Shown in pieces: positions 34,433 through 43,152 of a stretch of 46,602 nt of DNA. Position numbers and translations under genes: made by a program. Below the pieces are notes generated by a model. The model worked only from the letters and a program-made list of their open reading frames with translations. It did no database searches and was not told where the DNA came from. Numbering within the stretch: position 1 is the stretch's first letter; each line of letters opens with the position of its first letter. This DNA comes from a virus: the UHGV virus genome UHGV-0186543, one strand, 5' to 3'.

Positions 34433-34704
34433 TACCTGTCTCTTGTTATTTTTGAAATATTCCCTCGTGCCCGCCAGACAGCAATACAGATGGTGAGGTT
34501 GAGAAAGAACTCTGCGGGATCAACCTGCGTATATTTCCCGTAAAAAATTCGTAGGGCTATCCACGCAGCAGACAGAATCGCGAGGTAAGCAGTTAGTGAG
34601 ATAAAAAAACGATAGCGGCCTGTTTTTTGAAAAAACATCAACCGTAGTGCCAGCATCAGACAGATAATTGCATTGGCATTAATGAGGACAGAGTGCAGGG
34701 TCAT
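34432..34704 (-). CDS. holin/antiholin-like membrane protein (90 aa)
   Basis: Three hydrophobic segments with a charged C-terminus. ATGA overlaps with neighbours. Confidence 0.65.
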   Translation of the reverse strand: MTLHSVLINANAIICLMLALRLMFFQKTGRYRFFISLTAYLAILSAAWIALRIFYGKYTQVDPAEFFLNLTICIAVWRARGNISKITRDR

Positions 34705-35087
34705 TATTTCATCCCCTTATCTGATTTCCATAAACGAGCTTGTGACATGATCCGCAACAGTGATGTAACGCTGATTACTGATGCAACCAGTGCACCAATG
34801 GCGGGAGAGACTTTTACTGTTACGGGAGGGTTCAGGTGACTCAGCACCGCGTTCAGAATACCGGTAATGATTGCTGACGCTGTCTCAGCGCAATACACAC
34901 CGCCAACAAACGAAATGAGTGCGAAAATAACCTGCTTCCAGAATCGATGCTGCCCGGATGACAACACATAGAGAGCTGCGCCTGCCAGCGCACAGATCAT
35001 CACTGCAGGTGTTGCCTCAGGAAATAACGCAGCAAACGTCACCCCCGCCGAGCCAGCAGCAACGCCAGCGGTTAGAGGTTCAGACAT
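34704..35087 (-). CDS. holin-like membrane protein (127 aa)
   Basis: Three to four predicted TM helices with a basic C-terminal tail. First gene of the late operon. Confidence 0.65.
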   Translation of the reverse strand: MSEPLTAGVAAGSAGVTFAALFPEATPAVMICALAGAALYVLSSGQHRFWKQVIFALISFVGGVYCAETASAIITGILNAVLSHLNPPVTVKVSPAIGALVASVISVTSLLRIMSQARLWKSDKGMK

Positions 35088-35104
35088 GATTTTTCCTGAT
35101 TCAG

Positions 35105-35131
35105 AAACGACAAAACCCCGCCGTGGCGAGG
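35105..35131 (-). terminator. tR'-type terminator between putative Q and the lysis genes
   Basis: Minus strand: CCTCGC-cacg-GCGGGG followed by TTTTGTCGTTTC. Located 20 nt upstream of the holin ATG and about 70 nt downstream of the Q stop. Confidence 0.7.
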
Positions 35132-35199
35132 TTCTTAGAAATTTGGCAATATACCAAATTAGCGTTAAATATGGCCTATTTTGTTCGGTTTTGCAAGCA

Positions 35200-35871
35200 T
35201 TATACGCAAACGTCGTCTAAATGGTTTTGATAATGATGCAAAGTTGCAAGAAGTGCCACTTCATCAAGTGCTCTCACCGCCTCTTTCATTCCTGCCCAGT
35301 GCGGGGAGTATGTTTCGCACCAGGTGGAACGAGAAACAGACAACATTCCAGCTAGCGCAGATCCGGCCATCTCCTTAAAATCCTCGCGTTTATTTGATGC
35401 TGCGACCGCCTGCACGGACAACCACACCAACGAAAGCAGGCGCTTAACTACTTTTCTCTGAGTTGACGAGGGGATGTGTCCTTTATAGCGACTCCAGACA
35501 GCCTCACAAATAGCTGTTTGGTGTTTGAATGCCAGGTTACCACCGTAGCAATAACGCAACCACGCTTGCTGACTTGCATCCAGCGAGTTCACAGAACGCC
35601 GCCAGGATGAATCAGCAAATTCAAAATCACTCATCGGCGGCGCGGGGCGACGTCTGCTGAAACTTTCCAGAGCGTAAACTGGCGTAACCAGAGCATCAAC
35701 GGTCCGGTCCTCCAGCTGCACACGGTGAATATGTTTGCGTGGGTATGCGTTTTTGTCTGCCGGTGGGTGCTCACACAATGCTTCCAGTTGCCCCTTAGAA
35801 CCACCAGACAAATCCCGCAATGCAGCGCGCAGTTTTATGCGGGTATATTCCAATAAATACTCGTTACTCAT
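35200..35871 (-). CDS. putative late-gene antiterminator (Q analogue)
   Basis: 223 aa, placed immediately upstream of the terminator-containing spacer and lysis cassette. Assignment is mainly positional. Confidence 0.55.
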   Translation of the reverse strand: MSNEYLLEYTRIKLRAALRDLSGGSKGQLEALCEHPPADKNAYPRKHIHRVQLEDRTVDALVTPVYALESFSRRRPAPPMSDFEFADSSWRRSVNSLDASQQAWLRYCYGGNLAFKHQTAICEAVWSRYKGHIPSSTQRKVVKRLLSLVWLSVQAVAASNKREDFKEMAGSALAGMLSVSRSTWCETYSPHWAGMKEAVRALDEVALLATLHHYQNHLDDVCV

Positions 35872-36164
35872 CAGATAAACTCCTCATCGCGCCAGATAGC
35901 CAGTGTTCTGAAAACTCCCTCAGCGTGCATCAACAGCAATGAGTCGTGCTCGTAATCCGTTTTTGTACGTCCGTCGATAGCATCGTGACACGCACTACAG
36001 GCGATAGCGCCCTGCATATCGTGAGGTTTGATGGCTGTGCCGCACGTTCCGGCGAGACGATAATGAGCCAGTACGCTGGTTTCAGGATTGTGATTGCACA
36101 CACCGGGGATACGCACAGTACAAGCGCGACCACGTGCAGCTTTTCTCAGGTCGATTTTTTTCAT
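35871..36164 (-). CDS. YbcO-like protein (DUF1364)
   Basis: DLRKAARGRACTVRIPGVCNHNPETSVLAHYRLAGTCGTAIKPHD ... IACSACHD closely resembles my recollection of DLP12 YbcO. Confidence 0.7.
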   Translation of the reverse strand: MKKIDLRKAARGRACTVRIPGVCNHNPETSVLAHYRLAGTCGTAIKPHDMQGAIACSACHDAIDGRTKTDYEHDSLLLMHAEGVFRTLAIWRDEEFI

Positions 36165-36757
36165 GATGTGTAATCCAGCAGCTGCGCGGCAGCATTTTCA
36201 GCGGCCTCCTGAGAGGCAAACGTGCGGAACAAAATATAATTCCACAGCACATCTAAAACGGCTGAATACAGTTGACCGAACTCAAGATCGTCCATCGCAG
36301 CAAACGAGATTGAACGAGGTACGCGCATCAAACTGCCGTCTGGCATCTGATGAACGTCATAAAGCCCAGCTTCCATAATCGCCCATGCGCGAAACGCCTC
36401 GAACGACTTCACAGCACTGATATTCCCCGCGCGCTTTTCCGACTCATCGAGAAGATACTGATCAGCCAGCTCTGCCATGACATCACCGTGTCCACCGTAA
36501 TACGCCAGTAACTTAACGTAGCCATGGACCAGTTCGCGCTCCGCAGGAGAAATAGCCCCTCCGGACGGATGCCAGTAATCAAAGCCCAGGTTTAGAAGTG
36601 AGAAAAATTTACGATGAAACGCGGGATTACGCGCCTGTTTGAAATCTGCATACACAACAGCACCTGGTTTGACTCGTTCAGTCAACCAGCGTTGCGTGTC
36701 TGGTGTCGCGGGTATTAGCGAACCGCCGGATACCCTGATAAATGAATGCTGCGCCAT
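36161..36757 (-). CDS. conserved nin-region protein (DUF1367-like, 198 aa)
   Basis: Size and position are typical of conserved ~200-aa lambdoid nin proteins. The family name is from memory only. Confidence 0.5.
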   Translation of the reverse strand: MAQHSFIRVSGGSLIPATPDTQRWLTERVKPGAVVYADFKQARNPAFHRKFFSLLNLGFDYWHPSGGAISPAERELVHGYVKLLAYYGGHGDVMAELADQYLLDESEKRAGNISAVKSFEAFRAWAIMEAGLYDVHQMPDGSLMRVPRSISFAAMDDLEFGQLYSAVLDVLWNYILFRTFASQEAAENAAAQLLDYTS

Positions 36758-36833
36758 GGTTAACTCCAGGTGGCGCGGCAGTGTTCAGAAGTGGTGCTGG
36801 GTGTTCAATCCAGCACCAGTATTATACCGTGTT

Positions 36834-37013
36834 TTACGCTTCAGGGGGTGTAATAGTATATCCAGCTATTTCTGCCAACTCGAGAAACGCCATCAGGCTG
36901 GCAATCCGTTCATCATCAGTCAGAACACGCACACCAACGATGTGTCCGTCCTTACGCTTGATAACAGCCCGGCATGTTTCCGGTAGTTCGCCTATAGATT
37001 CTTGAATATTCAT
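36834..37013 (-). CDS. 59-aa ORF behind a LexA-controlled promoter (candidate small antirepressor)
   Basis: MNIQESIGELPETCRAVIKRKDGHIVGVRVLTDDERIASLMAFLELAEIAGYTITPPEA. SD GGGGGA upstream. Below the ORF-track cutoff. Confidence 0.55.
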   Translation of the reverse strand: MNIQESIGELPETCRAVIKRKDGHIVGVRVLTDDERIASLMAFLELAEIAGYTITPPEA

Positions 37014-37032
37014 GTCTTCCCCCTAACGCCAT

Positions 37033-37070
37033 TGCCTGTACATTTATACAGTATTTTATGGCATTTGTCA
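37033..37070 (-). promoter_or_regulatory. SOS box overlapping a sigma70 promoter
   Basis: gcCTGTacatttatACAGta at 37033-37052 matches CTGT-N8-ACAG and 16/20 of the LexA consensus. Minus-strand promoter ATGACA (37065-37070), 17 nt, TATAAA (37042-47). The box covers the -10. Confidence 0.75.
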
Positions 37071-37164
37071 TAACGCCAGATACAATGAGGGAATAATGAA
37101 CAATTATATTCACGTCGTGAATTTTATTAAATGGTTTTATAGGGGATTAAACCGTTTATGGTCA

Positions 37165-37806
37165 TTATTTATCACTCCTGTAAATTGAAATTAACCATTC
37201 TCTAATCGTCGACGCTGCAGGTGGGTCAGAGTATTTCGCCACAAAAATACCGGATATGTATTGCACACCACGCGATAATGGCGCTGTCGGGTTTTCAGTA
37301 AAAAAACGATCAGCCAGTTCAATGGCTTCGCTTTTTAATCTGTGCTGTGGCCGTCCTCCGCCCTTAGTGCCAAGGTAACGCGCCAGTTGTTTGAAACGGT
37401 AGGCGATGATTAACGGTCGCATCATCATATTGAAAAAATCGCGGGCATCGTTGTCAGCGCCTTGCGCTATCAACAGTGCAAAAAACAGATACGGGATTGT
37501 GTACACTTCAGGAGATATACGAACCCGTTCACAAGTTGGTGGAGCCAATTTAATAAGTAAGTCAGCCTGCGAATTCCCCTTTTCTCCACGTTTGTAATAG
37601 CGATACAGCGGCCCGATATCAAGTTCACTCGCGTCGATTTCAGGATGCCCGGCAACGGCTGTACGTATCTCTTCTGCCAGAGCGTCAAATATTGCTCCGG
37701 TCCGCTCAAGATAGAGCCTCCGGGTCGAACCGCGATCATCCAACGCCCGTAACATATCTAACCGGCTAACGAAAGTTTCAGGCCAGCCCTCATAGAAGGT
37801 TTTCAT
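37165..37806 (-). CDS. hypothetical protein (213 aa)
   Basis: ATG start. First minus-strand gene left of the accessory island. No motif recognised. Confidence 0.6.
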   Translation of the reverse strand: MKTFYEGWPETFVSRLDMLRALDDRGSTRRLYLERTGAIFDALAEEIRTAVAGHPEIDASELDIGPLYRYYKRGEKGNSQADLLIKLAPPTCERVRISPEVYTIPYLFFALLIAQGADNDARDFFNMMMRPLIIAYRFKQLARYLGTKGGGRPQHRLKSEAIELADRFFTENPTAPLSRGVQYISGIFVAKYSDPPAASTIREWLISIYRSDK

Positions 37807-37871
37807 AATTACCTCGAATAAAAAAATTGCATTATTTGCACAATTTATTATTCGTTTTCACATCGCGAAGT

Positions 37872-37902
37872 CTATAAAAAAGAAGACCCGCCGAAGCGGG
37901 TT
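37872..37902 (-). terminator. intrinsic terminator at the left edge of the accessory island
   Basis: Minus strand: AACCCGC-ttcg-GCGGGTC followed by TTCTTTTTTAT. Confidence 0.65.
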
Positions 37903-38119
37903 AGTAAATCATTTGTGCCAAATTATAAGACCACACCGTAAGCTTTTATATGCGTCCTATGGTTATAGCTCATATTATATGCTTCAAAAATATCTATTCT
38001 TTTGTTCTAACGTCAACACCTACCCTTAAAAGATTAATTCTCTAAGAATGAGAGAATGTTGTGTGTATTAGATAAGATATGAGCTGACACATCTATGGCG
38101 TGAAGACAAATTTAATCTG

Positions 38120-38200
38120 ACAGTCCACTTTTTTGCCAGAGCGGATATCGCAAGCGTTAAGTCAGATATTTGAAAACGCATCGTTATCCTGGTTGGGATA
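38120..38200 (+). repeat. R0, degenerate copy of the R repeat
   Basis: TCCACTtttttgccaGAGCGGA hairpin (38124-38146) aligns with the R3 hairpin. ggttgggatac aligns with the G(T/G)GGGAAC block. Confidence 0.5.
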
Positions 38201-38315
38201 CTTGCACTACTTTTAGGCGTACTGCTATCTTGCACAGTTATTCAAAGGTAATTTTTTCTTTATTAGTAGCCTACTTCCAGGGGCTTGTACAACTGACAAA
38301 ACGAGGGAGATCCCC

Positions 38316-39095
38316 ATGAGCAACAAAGATTTTTCACTTTTTTATTTTGCAACCATTGATCGGTCTTACTTCCTCGACAAACACAATTTTTATGTTGCTG
38401 AAGCCAGAAAGCGTCTATTTTCGCAGTTTAGCGATTCTGATCTTGAAGCTGATGCCAGGCAGAGAGAACAAGATTACTATGAGGCCGCCGGTAAGCGTTT
38501 TGACCCCGATTATGACGACGAAGGGGCTATCTGTGAACAGGCTCATGATGAAGGAATTTCACATTGGATTGCTCTCAGTGATATGAAAAATACGGTTTCA
38601 CTTGCTCTGACAGCAGGAATGTTTCATCAGTTCGACAAGGAACTTCGAGAGAAGTGTATCAGAGAATTCAGCCATTGGCTCGACGCTAAATCCGTAACAT
38701 CGATGATCTGGGACATTAGCTTCCCAAGGCTAATTGAAATTCTAGAATGGATTGGGATGGATATCACCAGCAAGGCTTATTACGAAAAAATCGATGCCTG
38801 TCGCCAAGTGGTTAATGTTTATAAGCACGGTGATGGCCATGCCCATCGGGTGCTTTCCGTCGCGCATCCTGAGTATTATCAGGATATCAATATTCCAAGA
38901 GGCTACAGATTTAGTCTACGTCATGAGCAACTTGAGGTTACAGAAACACAGTTTATAGAGTTTGCAGATGCGATTACAGCTTTCTGGAATGATATCCCAA
39001 CATACTGTATGCGCTCAGCTATTCGGGAAGAACCTGAATGGATAAATGGCGAATATAAAAAACATGAGAAGAAAGTTAAAATGCTTCAGGACTAA
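38316..39095 (+). CDS. orphan protein A (259 aa), function unknown
   Basis: ATG with GAGGGAG upstream. About 41% GC by eye. Flanked by R0 and R1. No confident domain (a RQVVNVYKHGDGH segment is only weakly HEPN-like). Confidence 0.7.
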   Translation: MSNKDFSLFYFATIDRSYFLDKHNFYVAEARKRLFSQFSDSDLEADARQREQDYYEAAGKRFDPDYDDEGAICEQAHDEGISHWIALSDMKNTVSLALTAGMFHQFDKELREKCIREFSHWLDAKSVTSMIWDISFPRLIEILEWIGMDITSKAYYEKIDACRQVVNVYKHGDGHAHRVLSVAHPEYYQDINIPRGYRFSLRHEQLEVTETQFIEFADAITAFWNDIPTYCMRSAIREEPEWINGEYKKHEKKVKMLQD

Positions 39096-39180
39096 AATTC
39101 TTGATAATAGCAAGTGTATCCTACATGTAGACATTTGCCTGCCGTGTCTTTTAGCTACCCTAGCTGCGAGAACAATTACG

Positions 39181-39286
39181 AACTTCCGCTCCTCGCTCAC
39201 AGCGAACTTTCAACTCAGTTAGCTTGCCCGCTTCGTACCAAAAGCGGGCATTGCTAACATCTATCTCCATCAATCTGTGGGAACAG
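39181..39286 (+). repeat. R1 structured repeat
   Basis: aacttccgctcctcgctcacagcg block, then an extended hairpin GTTAGC-tt-GCCCGCTT ... AAGCGGGC-att-GCTAAC (39218-39258), ending in gtgggaacag. Confidence 0.85.
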
Positions 39287-39573
39287 CTCGCCGTAATAGC
39301 ACATTGAATTCTATGTCTAAAAGCAGATGATCTGGTTTGCCGGGAAATTTACAAAATGACGGCGTCTCTTGTTAGAGATTCTCCCTGCTTCACACTGCTG
39401 ATTCTTCATGGATTTTAGTATAATTAGTGAAAAAAAATTTTTTGGTTGTTATCATATACATGAGGACTTCTTCAGAGGAACTGAGAAAAATTCGGGGATC
39501 ACTGAACACAATGACAATTAAGAAGATTAACTGTCTGGTAAGTGATTATTTTATTCATTAAAAAACAAACATC

Positions 39574-40236
39574 ATGATAATTGACTTTATAAAAAGCAAG
39601 GAAGCCTTGCTAATATTGGCAATAACTGTTCTATCTTATATGTCTGCAATTTCATTTGAATATGGCTATGCATATCATTTTGATTATCCTATGGAGTTTA
39701 TAACGTTAGATTCTAAATTTTTATTCGTGGGTATGTCATATTTATTTTTTAATATAATTTGTGTTATGTTGATGTTTTTTACTCCATGGCCTGAAAGTAA
39801 AGTAAAAGCAGTTAAAGTTACTGCAGTTACAGTTTTTATCATGATTGTTTTTATTGTTCAGTCTTATAGACATAAGACTGAATATGGTGGTTTTTTCGTT
39901 TTAAGTTTATCGATAGCAACAGTTACTTATATTATATACAAAATTGTTAAAAATCATAAACGTAATCCAAGTTATTTAATTTGGTCTGCAACCCTTCCCC
40001 TTATTGCCATAATGACATTTAGTTTCTTAATTGGTTTACAACAAGCGTCATTAAAAAAAGAATTTAGTTACTTTCATGATCAATCTAAAGACTACGTGAT
40101 TATTAGGTTGTATGACGGTAACCTTGTCGCTAAAGAAGTGAATATAAAAGAGCGCAAGCTAGGGAGTGAGATATTATATATACCTAGCTATAACCCAGCC
40201 CCTATAACGTTAAATAAAATTAAAATAGAACAATAG
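39574..40236 (+). CDS. orphan membrane protein B (220 aa)
   Basis: Very AT-rich. Four to five hydrophobic helices, then a roughly 70-aa soluble C-terminal region. Flanked by R1 and R2. Confidence 0.7.
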   Translation: MIIDFIKSKEALLILAITVLSYMSAISFEYGYAYHFDYPMEFITLDSKFLFVGMSYLFFNIICVMLMFFTPWPESKVKAVKVTAVTVFIMIVFIVQSYRHKTEYGGFFVLSLSIATVTYIIYKIVKNHKRNPSYLIWSATLPLIAIMTFSFLIGLQQASLKKEFSYFHDQSKDYVIIRLYDGNLVAKEVNIKERKLGSEILYIPSYNPAPITLNKIKIEQ

Positions 40237-40379
40237 ATTCATATAGTGGCCTTATGAAAAATAGGTCACTATCGTTGATATTTCATATGAATTTTTAACG
40301 ACCTTGGTAGTAAAATTATCGTAAATCCCCTACATAACAAGACCATTTACTATAGATCTGTTTTACTCTCAATAAAATC

Positions 40380-40480
40380 AACTTCCGCTCCTCGCTCACA
40401 GCGGACCTTCAGTTTTTTGTCCGCTTCGTGTCAGAAGCGGAAGTAGCTAACAACAGCCTATGTTGATTCAAGGGGAACAG
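40380..40480 (+). repeat. R2 structured repeat
   Basis: The first 24 nt are identical to R1. Hairpin TCCGCTTC-gtgtca-GAAGCGGA, then gctaac and aggggaacag. Confidence 0.85.
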
Positions 40481-40572
40481 GTCACTGGGTTAATCTAATT
40501 ATGTCCCTTTAGAACCATCTTTCTTAAGTGAATATATTTTCACTTTATTTTCTACTGCCTCAGTCATAAGGT

Positions 40573-41940
40573 TTATTTTTTGGCTTTTGACATCATGAGA
40601 AGGAAATATGAAGGGTGGCTCTTTATTTCTGAAGAATGGCTTGTAATATTAAAGACATCTTTTAGAATCGTAAAAGCTCCTGTAGCCAACGACACTGGAT
40701 TTGGTGCACCAATAAAACCTATCAATGAAGGCACACTGTTAAGAAAAAGTTCTTTTTTACTCTTCCGCTTATAGGCTTGTATTTTTTGCTCAATATCTGT
40801 CAATCCTTCATCCCACACCCGCTCGACAAAATGTTGATTTATTAGTTGTCTCTTATATGGATCACTTTCTGCTTCTATATCATACGCAGCTTCACGTAGT
40901 ACAGAGCGGAAAGAATTAAAACTCGGCTCGTAGTCAGTTCTAATTTTGTAGAGTTCACTTGGAGTCAGTCCCTCTAAGAATGGAACGTCTATAGAGAGTT
41001 TAACCCTCTGAACTTCATTCTTTTGATCAAGTTTACGAAGAATCTCTCCATGAAACGGGCAATATGCACCCAGGGATGCTCTACATGAATGCGCTTGGTT
41101 AAGGTCAGTAATAAGGTTTTTATAATGAAAGAGAACCGTACGGTTTTTTGCTCCCTGCACCCACCGTTCATAACTTTTTTTTCCGCTATGATTTCCCATG
41201 ACAAGCTCCATAGATATGGAGCCATCATCATTATCAATGGCATTTTTTATATGTTGATACATATATCCATTTGTATATAAACTTTCACAGTCTTTAATTT
41301 CCAACATAATTTCATTCGATAAAACATTTTTGTTTAATAACCGAATTTTATTTGTGTTACCTAGACGTTCTATATTCTTTACGGATAGTCTATTTTCATA
41401 AAGACGGGCAATGTTAGGAGGGAGATATCGATATATAAAATTAGCATCAGAGTTATCGTCTAAAATTCCATTGGCCCTCTCCGAATCTTTAATAGAAGAT
41501 TCGCTTCGTACAAAAACGATAAACTCACCACGGATAAGATCAAAGTTTTCTTTAGCAAACCTGATAAATCTAGCAATTTCCTTCCTGAGATGTTCAACCT
41601 TCTCTTTTCTATCGCTTACAATAATTTTTTCAAATGCATTTTCTGTTAGACTCACTCTGTATCGTAGGCTCAATGAATACAGAACATCATCAAGAATGAC
41701 TCTGTCCATTGAAAACAGTCCACTCTTATACCTTTCAATATTACGATTTCCCGCCATGTAAACATTTAGCCGAGACTCCTGTACAGAATTTGCTTGCTCG
41801 ATAATCAGTGAATCTATTCTTTTATTATATTCATCTAACTCAATTAGCAATTCATTCAATCCAATATTTTCATATTCCTGATCTAAAAGTCGATCAACCC
41901 AGAAAAGGCTTTCTGTGAGGGCATAGAGGTTGTTGTACAT
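40573..41940 (-). CDS. orphan protein C (455 aa), function unknown
   Basis: AT-rich. Own extended -10 promoter (TGTTATAAT, plus-strand coordinates 42028-42036). C-terminal hydrophobic segment LFLNSVPSLIGFIGAPNPVSLATGAFTIL. Flanked by R2 and R3. Confidence 0.75.
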   Translation of the reverse strand: MYNNLYALTESLFWVDRLLDQEYENIGLNELLIELDEYNKRIDSLIIEQANSVQESRLNVYMAGNRNIERYKSGLFSMDRVILDDVLYSLSLRYRVSLTENAFEKIIVSDRKEKVEHLRKEIARFIRFAKENFDLIRGEFIVFVRSESSIKDSERANGILDDNSDANFIYRYLPPNIARLYENRLSVKNIERLGNTNKIRLLNKNVLSNEIMLEIKDCESLYTNGYMYQHIKNAIDNDDGSISMELVMGNHSGKKSYERWVQGAKNRTVLFHYKNLITDLNQAHSCRASLGAYCPFHGEILRKLDQKNEVQRVKLSIDVPFLEGLTPSELYKIRTDYEPSFNSFRSVLREAAYDIEAESDPYKRQLINQHFVERVWDEGLTDIEQKIQAYKRKSKKELFLNSVPSLIGFIGAPNPVSLATGAFTILKDVFNITSHSSEIKSHPSYFLLMMSKAKK

Positions 41941-42092
41941 ATCAGTTCCTTTTTACCAGGCTTCAGTCAGAGTACACTATCATTTTACATTTAAATGTAC
42001 TTCCAAGCATCATGCTGTTAGTGCTGGATTATAACACTTGGCACCCGTATGTTTGGATAACAAACTGCGTATAATCCTTGTGAGTTGTGATG

Positions 42093-42198
42093 TCTGTTTC
42101 TCGCTCACAGCGGGTCTTCAGTTGTTCGTCCACTCTGTGCCAGGAGCGGACATTGATTATTCCTCACTGTAAAAATCTTAATGCTAACTAGTGGGAAC
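42093..42198 (+). repeat. R3 structured repeat
   Basis: Contains ctcgctcacagcg, hairpin GTCCACTC-tgtgcca-GAGCGGAC, gctaac and gtgggaac. TATAAT at 42070-42075 lies just upstream, so R3 would be the 5' leader of the nuclease operon. Confidence 0.8.
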
Positions 42199-42220
42199 TA
42201 TAAGTTGTCAATTGACATGA

Positions 42221-43072
<852 letters not shown>

Positions 43073-43152
43073 CCAATATATGGCAGTAATGAATATTTCG
43101 GGGATCGTGTTTGCCGCGGTCACGGTTACCATTATTAGTGTGCTGAACTGAA

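Noticed and set aside
39460-39561. 33-aa ORF (MRTSSEELRKIRGSLNTMTIKKINCLVSDYFIH) just upstream of membrane gene B, reminiscent of the start of an XRE-type HTH
   Set aside because: It is too short to contain a full HTH domain and has no clear SD. It may be a remnant of a regulator, but that cannot be supported from sequence alone.
38080-42200. R0-R3 as a CRISPR array or as canonical integron attC sites
   Set aside because: The repeats are ~100 bp and 1.2-1.7 kb apart with whole genes between them, so this is not a CRISPR array. There is no integron integrase. The conserved GTTAGC/GCTAAC boxes are in the opposite order to attC R''(..AAC)/R'(GTT..) and are present in full only in R1. The two hairpins are tandem rather than nested.
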